From contig JBHJHD010000011.1 in assembly GCA_050331115.1 (NCBI GenBank), positions 9,034 through 73,033 of the forward strand: DNA of 64,000 nucleotides, read 5' to 3'. Of the stretch, positions 17,226-27,904 are shown one piece after another. Both the position numbers and the translations under genes were made by a program. The notes below the pieces were generated by a model, which saw nothing but the letters and a program-made list of their open reading frames with translations, searched no databases and had not been told where the DNA came from. Within the stretch, counting starts at the first letter, position 1. Each line of letters opens with the position of its first letter. Source of the stretch: Elainellaceae cyanobacterium (GTDB lineage Bacteria > Cyanobacteriota > Cyanobacteriia > CAKZMO01).

Positions 17226-19886
17226 ATGGTATCACTGCTGTCAAATCTCTATCGACGGCTGCGCGCCCTCTCCCTCCGCCCCAAACGAATCGCAATTTTT
17301 GAGGCCTGCGCCATTGGTCTGGTGTCCGGGCTAGCGGCGGTGCTGCTGCGCCAGGGGGCTGGGGCTTTGGGGGGGTGGCGCATTCAGATGTCGACGCAGC
17401 CGTCACACTGGTGGGCGCTGCCCGTCATCGGCTTTTTGGGCGGTGGGCTGGCGGGGCTGCTGGTGGAGGGGCTGTCGCCTGAGGCCGAAGGCAGCGGCAT
17501 CCCTCAAGTGAAAATGGCGCTCGCTAACATGCCCATCCGGCTCAACCTGCGGGTGGCTCTAGTAAAGCTGATTGGCGTAATCCTGGTGATGGGGTCTGGC
17601 CTCAACCTAGGGCGACAGGGGCCCACAGTGCACATCGGTGCGGCGCTAGCGGCTCAGTTCAACCAGTGGATACCCACTTCGCCGGAGTACCGGCGACAGC
17701 TCTTGGCCTCGGGCGCGGCCGCAGGCCTGGCGGCGGGCTTCAACGCGCCTATTGCTGGGGTGCTGTTTGTCGTCGAAGAGCTGCTGCAGGACTTTTCTGG
17801 GCTGACCTTAGGGACCGCCATTCTGGCATCGTTTATCGGGGCCGTGGTCTCGCGGATTTTGGGAGGCCGCAGCATCAGCTTGACCCTGACGGCGACTGTC
17901 TCCCAGGCCGATGTCTCGCTGCAGGATGTGCCCTTCTTCGTGGTGCTGGGGCTGCTGGCCGGCGTGCTGGGAGCGCTATTTGGCCGCGGTATCGTGGCCA
18001 GCCGGCAGCTCAACCGGCGGCTGCAGATACGGCTGCCGCTCAAGGTGGCGATCGCCGGGGCCATTTCAGGGGCGATTGCCATGCTGCTGCCCGCTGCCTT
18101 TCGCGACAGCACGGGGCTGCCGGAGTTCCTCAGTCAGGGACAGGTGGCTTGGCAGCTGGTCCTATTGGCCTTTGGGCTCAAGTTTTTGCTCACCCTCATC
18201 GCCTGCGGCGCGGGGGCACCGGGGGGGATTTTTGCACCGGCGCTGATTTTGGGGTCCTCGCTGGGGGTGCTGGTGGGCACGGGAGCGGCGGCCCTGGCGC
18301 AAATGGTTGACGCACCACTGGGGCTGACTGCCAGCATCGGCTCGGCGTCTACCTACTCCCTGGCGGGCATGGGGGCTTTTTTCAGCGCCGTGACCAAAGG
18401 GCCGATCACCGCGATTGTGATCATCTTTGAGATGACGGCCGACTTTAATCTGGTGCTGCCGCTGATGATTACCTCGGTTACCGCCTACCTCACCTCGGAC
18501 CTACTCTACAGCGGCTCAATCTACAACCGTCTGCTGGCGCTACAGGGCATTAGCTTTGACCCAGCGGGGGAGGACAGCGAGCCGATCACTAACCTGACCG
18601 CAGCGCAGCTCATGCAGCCCCGGGTAGAAACCCTGTCTAGCCACCTGCCGCTGCACGAGGTAGTGCAGGCTTTCTCTGAGTCTCACCACCGGGGCTTTCC
18701 CGTGGTTAACGAAGGCAAGCTGGTGGGCATTGTCACCCGCTCAGACCTATCGGACAGCTCACGGCGGCGGGCGAGGCGATCGCTGAAGGCCAGCCAGCTT
18801 CGCCTAGCGGATATCATGACGCCCCAGCCGGTGACGGTGCGGCCGGCCGATCACCTGTCTCATATCCTGTACCTACTCAACCGTTTTAAGATCAGCCGTC
18901 TGCCGGTCACCGACGGGCAGCGTCTCGTGGGCATCATCACCCGGGCTGACATTATTCGCGCGGAGTCAGACCAGCTCAGCGGCACCGCGCCGTCCACCAC
19001 CCAGGCAGAGCCGTCCTACCTGGTCTATCAAACCCGCTCCCCCGCGACGGGCCGTGGTCGGCTATTGGTACTGCTGGGCAATCCCCATACCGCGCCCCAC
19101 CTGCTGCAGATGGCGGCGGCGATCGCCCGCAGCCGCGGCTATGAGCTGGAATGCCTGCAGATTATCAAAACCTCCCGCAGTCGCGCCCCCTGCGAGGCCA
19201 CCGTCCACACCCAGTTCAGCCGCAGGCTGCTGCGGCAGGCAGAGCAGGTCGGACGAGAGTGGCACCTGCCCGTCCATACCCAAATTCGGGCTGCCCACGA
19301 CATCGCGCAGGCCACCTTGGAGGTGATTGAGGCGCACCACATTGACCTTACCCTCATGGGCTGGCAGGGCAGAACTAAGATCCCAGGACGGGTATTCGGC
19401 AACGCGGTCGACACCCTGATTCGCCAGGCGAACTGCGAGGTGATTGTGGTCAAGCTGCAGCCTTCGCCCAAGTTCGAAAACTGGCTCTTCCCGGTGGCGG
19501 GCGGCCCTAATTCGCAACGGGCGCTGCGGCGCATCCCCGCGCTCGTTCGCCTCGGGCAATCGCCGATGGTCACGGTCTGCCAAGTGTTCGACCCCGCTAA
19601 AGGCCGCAACGACAAGCCCCTAAGAAAGATAGTTCAGCAGCTTGGAAAGCGCGGCTGCCCCGTTCAGTCTCGCTCGGCCTGGGGCGCAACCGTCAGCGAC
19701 GGCGTCTTGGCGATCGCCGATGAGGAAAAGTCAGACGTGATTATTTTAGGGGCTAGCCGCGCCGGCATCTTGATGCAGACCCTACGCAGCAACATCCCCG
19801 AGGCGATCGCCCGCAACAGCAGCGCCACCGTCATTTTGGTACGAGGGCCGCTAACCCTGGAGACATCGGCCTTTCCCAAACTCTGA
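17226..19886 (+). CDS. ClC chloride channel/transporter with CBS pair and Usp domains
   Basis: GSGIP, GRQGP, FNAPIAG and GGIFAP motifs, two CBS repeats and C-terminal Usp-like domains. Confidence 0.93.
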   Translation: MVSLLSNLYRRLRALSLRPKRIAIFEACAIGLVSGLAAVLLRQGAGALGGWRIQMSTQPSHWWALPVIGFLGGGLAGLLVEGLSPEAEGSGIPQVKMALANMPIRLNLRVALVKLIGVILVMGSGLNLGRQGPTVHIGAALAAQFNQWIPTSPEYRRQLLASGAAAGLAAGFNAPIAGVLFVVEELLQDFSGLTLGTAILASFIGAVVSRILGGRSISLTLTATVSQADVSLQDVPFFVVLGLLAGVLGALFGRGIVASRQLNRRLQIRLPLKVAIAGAISGAIAMLLPAAFRDSTGLPEFLSQGQVAWQLVLLAFGLKFLLTLIACGAGAPGGIFAPALILGSSLGVLVGTGAAALAQMVDAPLGLTASIGSASTYSLAGMGAFFSAVTKGPITAIVIIFEMTADFNLVLPLMITSVTAYLTSDLLYSGSIYNRLLALQGISFDPAGEDSEPITNLTAAQLMQPRVETLSSHLPLHEVVQAFSESHHRGFPVVNEGKLVGIVTRSDLSDSSRRRARRSLKASQLRLADIMTPQPVTVRPADHLSHILYLLNRFKISRLPVTDGQRLVGIITRADIIRAESDQLSGTAPSTTQAEPSYLVYQTRSPATGRGRLLVLLGNPHTAPHLLQMAAAIARSRGYELECLQIIKTSRSRAPCEATVHTQFSRRLLRQAEQVGREWHLPVHTQIRAAHDIAQATLEVIEAHHIDLTLMGWQGRTKIPGRVFGNAVDTLIRQANCEVIVVKLQPSPKFENWLFPVAGGPNSQRALRRIPALVRLGQSPMVTVCQVFDPAKGRNDKPLRKIVQQLGKRGCPVQSRSAWGATVSDGVLAIADEEKSDVIILGASRAGILMQTLRSNIPEAIARNSSATVILVRGPLTLETSAFPKL

Positions 19887-20147
19887 GCCAGCCAGCCGCT
19901 ATCCTCCACCGCCCTGGGCGTGCCAACGGGGTGATCACGGTCTAATATATTTCATGGAGGTGTCGAGGTTTTCGCGCGGTTGTCCTGGCTACAGCATCGA
20001 CGATATTCTCCAGGGATCATTCAGCGTTTGATTATTCAGCACTCTAGCGTCAGCGCTCTAGGGATATCCCGTTAAATATTAAGCTAGACGTCAGCGCTAC
20101 TCTGGTCTCAACCCCGATCTCAACTCACAGTCTCAACCCACAGTTTT

Positions 20148-20645
20148 ATGGCACCCATGGCACGTTATCGCTCCCTTCTCTCCTGTCTCTTAGCGGCGAT
20201 CGCTATATTCATCGTGAGCTGCGGTGGCTCCACTGAAGCCGCCTTGCCGTCCTATTCCGATGCCGATATCGCTCAGATTGAGGCCTACGTCGCCGATATC
20301 GATCAGCTGCGCGATCGCCTCACAGAGCTGCCTGAGATGGCCCGTAAAGCCCGCTGGTCAGACGTTGACTCTTTGATTCACGGTCCCTTGGGCGAGCTGC
20401 GCTTCAAAATGTCGTCAATCGCCCGCAAGCTGGACGAAAGTAAGCAGGCCGACGCCCGCAGCGTGTCTAGGGAAGTGTTTGACCATCTGATCGCCATCGA
20501 CGAGGCCGCGACGGCTCAGAGCTATGAGCGGGCGCTGCTGAACTACAACGGCATTTTGGAGGACATTGAGCGGTTTGTACAGCTGACGCCCGCCTTCCCG
20601 AGACCAGGAGCCGATGAGGCGGCGCTGCCCGCCCCCCTCAGCTAA
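20148..20645 (+). CDS. psbQ: Photosystem II lipoprotein PsbQ (CyanoQ)
   Basis: Lipobox IVSC and W.DV.SLIHGPLGELR. Alternative start at 20157. Confidence 0.9.
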   Translation: MAPMARYRSLLSCLLAAIAIFIVSCGGSTEAALPSYSDADIAQIEAYVADIDQLRDRLTELPEMARKARWSDVDSLIHGPLGELRFKMSSIARKLDESKQADARSVSREVFDHLIAIDEAATAQSYERALLNYNGILEDIERFVQLTPAFPRPGADEAALPAPLS

Positions 20646-20680
20646 TCGGAGTAGTCAGCGCTAAAGAGAGCGCACGTCCC

Positions 20681-21754
20681 GTGGCTCAGCTGTTGGTCAA
20701 TCTCTCGTTTTTGATGGCAAAGCCGACGGGACTTGCCATCTACGGGTCAAATTTAGCGCCCCATCTAACCCCTCTAGATCCGGTTCTGCTTTCGCCCTTG
20801 GCGCACCCCGGCCACCGGGTTCATCGGGTGCCTGGCAATATGACTCCTCAGCAGGGGTCCAAAGGTCACGCCCGACGGCTTTGGTGGACCCAGCGGGCCC
20901 TGCCGAGCCTCTCTAGAAGCTACGGCAGTCGCCTCCTGTTCTCCCCAATTCCGGAAGCGCCGCTGGGGACGGGCGATCGCTTTGTGGTTACGGTACATGA
21001 CTTCATCGCCCGCCGCTTTTCAAAGTCGACCTCTCCTTTGGGGCTATATACCCGCTACTACGTCCCCCACGTCCTTCAGCAGGCGGTGCAGGTGATCACG
21101 AACTCTGAGGCCACCGCTCGCGACGCGGTGCAGTTTTGCGGCCTCGACGCCCGCAAGATCACGCCCATCCCCCTGGCCTACGATGCGGAGCATTTTCGGG
21201 AGCTAGGTCTCCCTACAGAGCCCTATTTTCTATACCTTGGGCGACATGATCCCCACAAAAACCTGGCGCGAATCTTAGCGGCCTTTGCCCAAATTGCAGA
21301 CCTAGACTGTGAGCTGTGGCTGGCCGGGACGCCAGACGAGCGCTTTACGCCGCAGCTCAAAGCCCAAGCTGCTGAATACGGTCTGACGGAGCGGCTTCGA
21401 TTTTTAGACTACGTGCCTTATGACCAGCTGCCCGTGATCATCAATCAGGCGATCGCCTTGGTGTTTCCTAGCCTCTGGGAGGGGTTCGGGCTTCCAGTTC
21501 TAGAGGCAATGGCCTGCGGTACGCCGGTGGTCACGTCTAATATTTCTGCGCTGCCTGAAGTGGCAGGAGACGCTGCACTTTTAGTCAACCCGTACGAGAC
21601 CCTAGAGATTGCCGCAGCGATGCAGACGATTGCCGTTGATTGTAGTGCAAGAGCTCAGCTAAAGCGAGCAGGCCTAGCGCGAGCGCGGCGGTTTAGCTGG
21701 CAGCAGACGGGTAAACAAACCCGTGACGTACTCAGAAGAGCCCTTGAAGCGTAA
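20681..21754 (+). CDS. GT4 glycosyltransferase
   Basis: [21 protein letters not shown] and HKNL. Confidence 0.93.
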   Translation: MAQLLVNLSFLMAKPTGLAIYGSNLAPHLTPLDPVLLSPLAHPGHRVHRVPGNMTPQQGSKGHARRLWWTQRALPSLSRSYGSRLLFSPIPEAPLGTGDRFVVTVHDFIARRFSKSTSPLGLYTRYYVPHVLQQAVQVITNSEATARDAVQFCGLDARKITPIPLAYDAEHFRELGLPTEPYFLYLGRHDPHKNLARILAAFAQIADLDCELWLAGTPDERFTPQLKAQAAEYGLTERLRFLDYVPYDQLPVIINQAIALVFPSLWEGFGLPVLEAMACGTPVVTSNISALPEVAGDAALLVNPYETLEIAAAMQTIAVDCSARAQLKRAGLARARRFSWQQTGKQTRDVLRRALEA

Positions 21755-21916
21755 TCGTGAGCTGCGTAATCTTGAGGCCCCCAGTACGGTTTGGGAAAGC
21801 GCTGTGGGGAATGCCCAAGTAGAATTGCCCACAGCGTCAAGGGTTCGGTAGGAATACGGTTACTGTAGCCAAAGACTTGAATTATAGTTGTACTGTCGAA
21901 GCTTCGTATGTGCAGC

Positions 21917-22129
21917 CTAGCTCTGTAGCATCCCGGCAGAAGCGTCGGGCGCTGGGGATGGCTCGAGGGAAGGATTAATTGAGGAGATTAACTCGTCAAG
22001 AGCATCCTGGGAAATATCTTCCTCAAGAATATCCTTGAAAAACTGAGGAATTTCGTCTAGCGAGCAGACGCCGTGCCGTAGCGCATAGCCGTACATAGAC
22101 CTAACCCGCTGCTTCATTCGCTTTTCCAT
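21917..22129 (-). CDS. Small hypothetical protein (~70 aa)
   Basis: MEKRMKQRVRS... from ATG 22129, with an AT-rich upstream region. No family recognised. Confidence 0.45.
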   Translation of the reverse strand: MEKRMKQRVRSMYGYALRHGVCSLDEIPQFFKDILEEDISQDALDELISSINPSLEPSPAPDASAGMLQS

Positions 22130-22407
22130 AGTTACACACCCAAACGCATTAATACCCAAGCAAACTGTCAGCTCAAAATGACTTGTGTCCCTATATGAAA
22201 GCCTCTGTAGACCAGGTAACGGTATTTTAATCGGCCACAATTAAATCTGGCCTTATAAAACCGCGCTTGAGACAAGCAGCTCTACTTCATTACCTATAAT
22301 TCTAAAGGCTGGCAGGTGATGGATATGTGTTATCTAGCACATATTAAATGAAGCTTAGGTGAATATCCCTCAGTAAATAGTTTCAGCTGAAGGGCAGGCC
22401 AAGGAAC

Positions 22408-23406
22408 CTATAGCGTTACCGAATTGAGCTGCTGCCTGGGATCGTAGCTACGGATGGTTTGAAGCTCTCTGTATAAATCTTCCTCAGCCTGGCTAATGGC
22501 CTTGGGCGGAACAATAGTTATCCTAACCAGCTGATCGCCTCTGCCGCCCTTCGGCAGCGGCCAACCCTTGCCGCGCAGGCGCAGCGTCTGCCCCGAGCGG
22601 ATTCCCGCCGGCACATTCATCGCCACGGAGCCATCGGGCGTCGGAACGTCGATTGCCCCGCCTAACACGGCTTCATCTGGAGTAATGGGAACCTCGCAGA
22701 CTAGGTTGTTGCCGTCAAAGGAGAAAAAGCGATGGGGCTTTAAATTTACGGTCAAGTACAAGTCGCCGCGCTGGTTCGAGTAGGGAGAAACGCGTCCCTT
22801 ACCCCGTACGCGGATGCGGCTTCCGGACTTGGCCCCCGGCGGGATACGCACCGTAATTACTTCATCCCCCAGGCTGAGGCGCTGCTGAACGCCGCGAAAG
22901 GCGTCCGCAAAACTCAGAGTAATGGGAGACTCTAAATCTTGACCTGCCGTGGCGAACGGATCGCTGCCAAAACCGTCTGCGCCAAAACCCCCCGGAGCCT
23001 GGCTGGTGCGAGCTTTGTATCGAAATCCCTGCTGGCGACCTGACGCGCCCGTATTGAAGCGACCCAGCAGCTCGTTGATAAAGTCGTCAAAGCTGCTGTA
23101 CTGGCTAAAGTCAAAGCCGTCTGCACCAGCGCTTGGGCCAGCAGACCCAGGCCAGCCGCTTGGAGCACTCGCCTGCTTCCAATATTGACCGAACTGATCG
23201 TACTTTTTCCGCTTTTCGGAGTCGGATAAAACTTCGTAGGCTTCGTTGACTTCTTTGAAGCGGTTTTCTGCCTGCTGGTCGCCCGGATTCATATCAGGGT
23301 GATACTTACGAGCCAGCTTACGATAGGCTCGCTTGATTTCATCGGCATTTGCGCCCTTGGCTACGCCGAGCACGGCGTAGTAGTCTTTGAAGTCAGTTGC
23401 AGCCAT
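22408..23406 (-). CDS. dnaJ: Class B J-domain protein (DnaJ/CbpA-like)
   Basis: [13 protein letters not shown]-domain, G/F-rich region and C-terminal domain without a zinc finger. Confidence 0.9.
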   Translation of the reverse strand: MAATDFKDYYAVLGVAKGANADEIKRAYRKLARKYHPDMNPGDQQAENRFKEVNEAYEVLSDSEKRKKYDQFGQYWKQASAPSGWPGSAGPSAGADGFDFSQYSSFDDFINELLGRFNTGASGRQQGFRYKARTSQAPGGFGADGFGSDPFATAGQDLESPITLSFADAFRGVQQRLSLGDEVITVRIPPGAKSGSRIRVRGKGRVSPYSNQRGDLYLTVNLKPHRFFSFDGNNLVCEVPITPDEAVLGGAIDVPTPDGSVAMNVPAGIRSGQTLRLRGKGWPLPKGGRGDQLVRITIVPPKAISQAEEDLYRELQTIRSYDPRQQLNSVTL

Positions 23407-23580
23407 CCACCTCACTCTCCTAACAACGGATTCATGCTTACCTCTAGCCTATCAAGCGCTCAAAAGGGGGCGGGTTCGGTTATGCCAGTCCGGCGATCGC
23501 AATTTCCGCACCTTTTAGGCGTGGGGTTTGGGTTCGGCTTTTGGGTAGGGCTCGCTGGATAAGGCTTGTTGAGGTCCACT

Positions 23581-24036
23581 CTATAAAGCATAGGCCATCC
23601 GCACTAGCGCGTCGAACCCGTCGCTGAGATCTGGGGGCGCGCCGCTTAAGCAGCGCTGCATCCGATGCATGACGGCCTCTGGAACCTGACGCGATCGCCC
23701 TTGGTTACGCTGCAGGCAGAGCGCAAACGGCGCATCGAGCCAGCAGGCGTATACCAAAGCAAACCCTAGGGCGCGGGCCATCTGGATCGCGCGGCGGCGC
23801 TGGCGGCGTACGACATTAGTGGCATCATAGACGACTAGGGCTGGTGCAGCATCCTTGGCCTCCAGGAGCTTCTCTATCATGCGGGCTTCAACCTGGGCCC
23901 AGGGACCTTGAACAGCCTCATCACCGAACAGCTCGGCGCGAATTGCGTCGGTTGAGACGACCCGGCTAGCAGGGGCAAACTGATGCGCCAGGGTCGTCTT
24001 GCCGCTGCCGGGAAGCCCCACCATGATCACTAGCAC
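23581..24036 (-). CDS. AAA_33 P-loop kinase
   Basis: GLPGSGKTT, STDAIR, YDATN and RSRQVPE. Confidence 0.85.
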   Translation of the reverse strand: MLVIMVGLPGSGKTTLAHQFAPASRVVSTDAIRAELFGDEAVQGPWAQVEARMIEKLLEAKDAAPALVVYDATNVVRRQRRRAIQMARALGFALVYACWLDAPFALCLQRNQGRSRQVPEAVMHRMQRCLSGAPPDLSDGFDALVRMAYAL

Positions 24037-24044
24037 CGCCTTGC

Positions 24045-24662
24045 TCAGGACCCGGACCCGCGCGAGGCGCGAATGGCCCGCTGAGCGATGAAGGCAGCAA
24101 AGGCGATCGCTAACCCGATGAGCACGAATTTGCCGATTGGCCCCAGATAGCGACCAATGAGGGTGTAGTTCTGGCCTAAAAAGTAGCCTGAAATGGTCAA
24201 AAATCCGATCCAGACGATAGTTCCTAGGGTGGAGTAGAGCAAAAACGGCACGAACGCCATCTCCTCAAGCCCCGCCGGTACAGAAATATAGGTGCGGATG
24301 CCCGGAATCAAGCGGCCCGCCATGACGGCAATCGAGCCGTAGCGGCTGAACCACTGACGGGACCTATCCACATCCTTTGCCGACAGCCCCAAGATTTTTC
24401 CGTAGCGATCGACCAGCTGCTTAAGCCGCTCTGTGCCCAGCGATCGCCCCAGCCAGTACCAGGGCAGCGCCCCCGCCACCGACCCGACGGTTCCCGCGAT
24501 GATAACCCCCACAAGCCCCAGCTCTCCTTGAGAAACGCTGAACCCCGCCAGGGGCATGATCACCTCCGACGGAATGGGGGGGATGACGTTCTCAAGCAGC
24601 ATTAAGAAAGCGATACCGAAGTATCCCAGGGAGCCAATGATATCGGCGATCCAGTTCAGCAT
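24045..24662 (-). CDS. dedA: DedA family membrane protein
   Basis: LENVIPPIPSEVIMPLAG and GRLIPGIRTYISVPAG. Confidence 0.93.
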   Translation of the reverse strand: MLNWIADIIGSLGYFGIAFLMLLENVIPPIPSEVIMPLAGFSVSQGELGLVGVIIAGTVGSVAGALPWYWLGRSLGTERLKQLVDRYGKILGLSAKDVDRSRQWFSRYGSIAVMAGRLIPGIRTYISVPAGLEEMAFVPFLLYSTLGTIVWIGFLTISGYFLGQNYTLIGRYLGPIGKFVLIGLAIAFAAFIAQRAIRASRGSGS

Positions 24663-24686
24663 AGATCTTAAGGATTAAGGTACCGA

Positions 24687-26186
24687 CTATGGTCGCGGCT
24701 CATCCGGGCCAAAGTACTGAGCCACAAAATTACCGTGCAGCCCGTAGGGCACGTGGTGCTTCAGCTGCAGCGTCGCGATCGCCCCTTGCTCCATCGACTG
24801 GGCATCCAAAATCACCAGCTCCGATCGCCCCTGGCCCGCGTTAAACACCATCGTCATCACCCAGCCGTCGTCCTCCGCCGTCGCGCCAGGGCGGGGCACA
24901 AACACCGGCTCGCCCACAAAACCCTGGGGCGCGGCGCTCCACAGCTGGCGATCGCCCGTCTCTAGATCTGCCTTGAGGATACACTGCAGCGGGGCGTTGC
25001 CGCTGGGCTGCTGCGCTGCACCCAGATAGGCATAGCGGTAGGGTCTGCCGGCGCGGTGGGGGTTCACCCAGGGAAACTCGCAGCAGCGGCTCTCCAGCAG
25101 CGATCGCGCTACTGTCTTTTGGTTTAGGTCGATTTCAAAGCGCCACAGCTGCCCCGCCGGGACCTGGTCGAAGTTGACCTGACGGAAGTCTGAATCGGGC
25201 TCCACCTCGGGGAAGCCTTCGTAGGAAACCGAGTCGACGTAGATTTTACCCTCGCTCTCAAAGGCGTTGGCGTGGTGTAACACAAAGCAGCACTGAGCGT
25301 CGAGGGACACCGCCTCGCCGGACGGCTGCCGGGGCACGATGATCACCCGAGTAGGTTTCTCCGGCTGAAACTTAATGCACTCCCCCGGTCCCCGCAGCCC
25401 CAGTGCAAAAGGCACCGGGTTAAAGGCCACCGGGTTTTGAAAGAAGATGGCGTAGTTGGGGGTGATGGCAAAATCGTGGATAAAGGCGAACCCAGGTACG
25501 TTATGGGAGTAGCGCCGCCGTAGCTTACCGCTGGGGTAGAACTCAAACAGGTTTATTTTGGTGGAGAGGCCGGGCTGGATGGAGAAGTTAACCAGGCAGG
25601 GCTCGCCATCGGTGAACTGGCATTCGGGGTCTATCCAGGGGTGGGCCGCAAACGAGTCCCCCTCATCCAGTACGCCGTCTAGGACGTCGATGCCGATGGT
25701 CTCTAGGGTGTGCGGGTTGAGGCGGTGGGGCTTGTCGGCCTCCCACAGGGCCAGCAGCTTGTTGCCCCAGTAGATAATGTTGGTGTTGGCGATATTCTTG
25801 AGGCGAAAGTCAAAGGCGTTAGCCAGCACGCCCCCCGGCTTTTGGGTGCCGAAGACGCCCCGATAGAGAATCGCTTCTGCCGCTTGCTCAGCGCAGTAGC
25901 CCTCGGTGCGCACGTAGCGGTTGCGGAAGTGGGCCTTACCGTCCTTGAAGGCGATCGCGCAGATCATGCCGTCGCCGTCGAAGGGGTGGTGGATGCGATC
26001 GCCGCCCACGTCTAAGAGCCCCGGCCCATTGCGAAACAGCGTGCCCGTTAGCGCAGCGGGAATCTCCCCCGCTATCTCGTCAATCCAGTAGTCAAACTCG
26101 TTGTAGAGAGAGCGGTAGCCCTCCTGCCAGTCTTGCTGACTGTAGGGACGGCCGTGGGTTTCGGTAAGAGGTGTAGATGGGGTCAC
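24687..26186 (-). CDS. Carotenoid/apocarotenoid cleavage oxygenase
   Basis: FRNGPG, HPFDGDG, AHP, IHDF, HHAN, EPVFVP, EDDG and YGLHG (iron-ligand His residues). Confidence 0.93.
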   Translation of the reverse strand: MTPSTPLTETHGRPYSQQDWQEGYRSLYNEFDYWIDEIAGEIPAALTGTLFRNGPGLLDVGGDRIHHPFDGDGMICAIAFKDGKAHFRNRYVRTEGYCAEQAAEAILYRGVFGTQKPGGVLANAFDFRLKNIANTNIIYWGNKLLALWEADKPHRLNPHTLETIGIDVLDGVLDEGDSFAAHPWIDPECQFTDGEPCLVNFSIQPGLSTKINLFEFYPSGKLRRRYSHNVPGFAFIHDFAITPNYAIFFQNPVAFNPVPFALGLRGPGECIKFQPEKPTRVIIVPRQPSGEAVSLDAQCCFVLHHANAFESEGKIYVDSVSYEGFPEVEPDSDFRQVNFDQVPAGQLWRFEIDLNQKTVARSLLESRCCEFPWVNPHRAGRPYRYAYLGAAQQPSGNAPLQCILKADLETGDRQLWSAAPQGFVGEPVFVPRPGATAEDDGWVMTMVFNAGQGRSELVILDAQSMEQGAIATLQLKHHVPYGLHGNFVAQYFGPDEPRP

Positions 26187-26304
26187 GGATAGCGTCTACT
26201 TATTTACAGGGTTACTTAAGGGGTGAAACTTTCGAGTAGCGGTTTGAGGCGCGGCAAATGAAGCCAAAACGAGCGCGGGCTTGGAGTGGCTGAAGCGGTG
26301 ATGG

Positions 26305-27774
26305 CTAATCGACGTCGCCAGCGGACTGAAGTGCCGCAGAGGTCGGCGGCGTATAGGTCTGATGGGAGATCGAGGTGGCCGTGGATATCGCCTCGTGGCC
26401 AACGGCTGGGGCCGGGACTACGCTCGCATGGGCTGTATCAACCGCCGTATCAATACTATCGTCCGGCAGCAGCCGTAAAAACAGCAGGGGCAGCAGCGTA
26501 CTCACGTTGGCAATCAGCACCAGCAGCCACAGCTGCTCGAAGCTCGCCTCAGTAATGCCCAGGGCTTTCGTCAGCAGCGCTCCGCCCTCGTGGGACACCA
26601 GACGCGCCAGATTCAAAATCGACATTAGCAGCGCGAACAGGGTGGCCTCTACCCCCGGTGGGCAGATGCGGGCCGCCAGCACCAAGATCGGCATGTAGGC
26701 GATCTCCCCCATCACCGTCAACACTAAGCTATCTCCCAAGCTAAACCAGCGGTCATCAATGCCCAGGGCGCGGTTGGCGTGGGTGACCAGCAGTAGGGAC
26801 GTCAGGCCCAGCACCGCTGAAATTAGAATCGTCCAGCGGAAGATAACGCGAAAGGGCACCTTCTTGAAGAACCGCTGAAACAGCCAAATGCCGGCGATCG
26901 CCGCCGCGCTAGTCACCAGCCGCAGCCGGCCCAGGAACTCAGCGCTAAAGCCTAAGTCGTTGGTGGAAAAGAAGAAAAACGCTGAGTCAGAGGAGGGCGT
27001 CGACTGCCACAGAAAAATGAACAGCGCCGGCATCCAGATGGCCCGCTGGCTCACTGCCTGCCGCAGTAGCCCCACCTGCTGACGCACGATAGCCATCCCT
27101 TGGGTCGCCTCGGTCTTCTCCTCGTTGATTAGCCCCGCCACGCAGGACACTAGTAGCGGAAAGGAGGCGGTAATTAAAAACACCGTCTGGCTGCTGAACT
27201 CCTCCAGCAGCGAGCCGCTGAAGTAGGCCGTCAGCAGGCCGCCTACCGCCGCCGTCCCCCAGCACAGAGACTGAAGCGAGCCTGCCGCCGCCTGAGACTC
27301 CCGCCGGGCCCGCTCCACCACCAGCGAATCGACAATCACGTCGCTGAGGGCGATGGAGGCCGAGCTAAGGGTGATCACCACCGTGGCGGCGATCGCGCTG
27401 TCCACCACCGTCGCCAAAGTCACCCAGGCGGCAGCTCCTACTAAGCCCGACAGGATCAAATAAGGGCGGCGGCGATAGCCAAAGATGGGCAAACCGTCAG
27501 AGATGAAGCCAAACACGGGCTTAACGATCCAGGGAATGGACACCACGCCCAGCAGCGCCGCCATCTGCGTGGGCGAGAGGCCCAGCTCGTCTTTCAGGAA
27601 AAAGCTCACCGCCAGCTGAGCGAGCCCGAGCGTCCCTTGGACAAAGTACACCAGCAGAATGGCGGCCAGCTCAAGGCTGGGCCGATTGCCAAACAGGAGA
27701 TGGGTTTGAACTGCGGCAGCGAGGGGGCTTACCGCGTCCTGCTGGGGCGCAAGCGGGTCTGAAGACGGGGCCAT
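26305..27774 (-). CDS. Folate/biopterin (BT1) MFS transporter
   Basis: PWIVKPVFGFISDGLPIFGYRRRPY and ICPPGVEATLFALLM. Confidence 0.93.
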   Translation of the reverse strand: MAPSSDPLAPQQDAVSPLAAAVQTHLLFGNRPSLELAAILLVYFVQGTLGLAQLAVSFFLKDELGLSPTQMAALLGVVSIPWIVKPVFGFISDGLPIFGYRRRPYLILSGLVGAAAWVTLATVVDSAIAATVVITLSSASIALSDVIVDSLVVERARRESQAAAGSLQSLCWGTAAVGGLLTAYFSGSLLEEFSSQTVFLITASFPLLVSCVAGLINEEKTEATQGMAIVRQQVGLLRQAVSQRAIWMPALFIFLWQSTPSSDSAFFFFSTNDLGFSAEFLGRLRLVTSAAAIAGIWLFQRFFKKVPFRVIFRWTILISAVLGLTSLLLVTHANRALGIDDRWFSLGDSLVLTVMGEIAYMPILVLAARICPPGVEATLFALLMSILNLARLVSHEGGALLTKALGITEASFEQLWLLVLIANVSTLLPLLFLRLLPDDSIDTAVDTAHASVVPAPAVGHEAISTATSISHQTYTPPTSAALQSAGDVD

Positions 27775-27904
27775 TTATGTTAAGAAATATCAATTCCCTT
27801 AATCATAGCGCCCCTGTCCCAAGGTGCCGCCGTCGGGGCCCGATCTCCGGTCCATCTGTTGGTCTGTCTCAGGACTGAAACGCGATCGCCGCCGGCCCTA
27901 TCGC

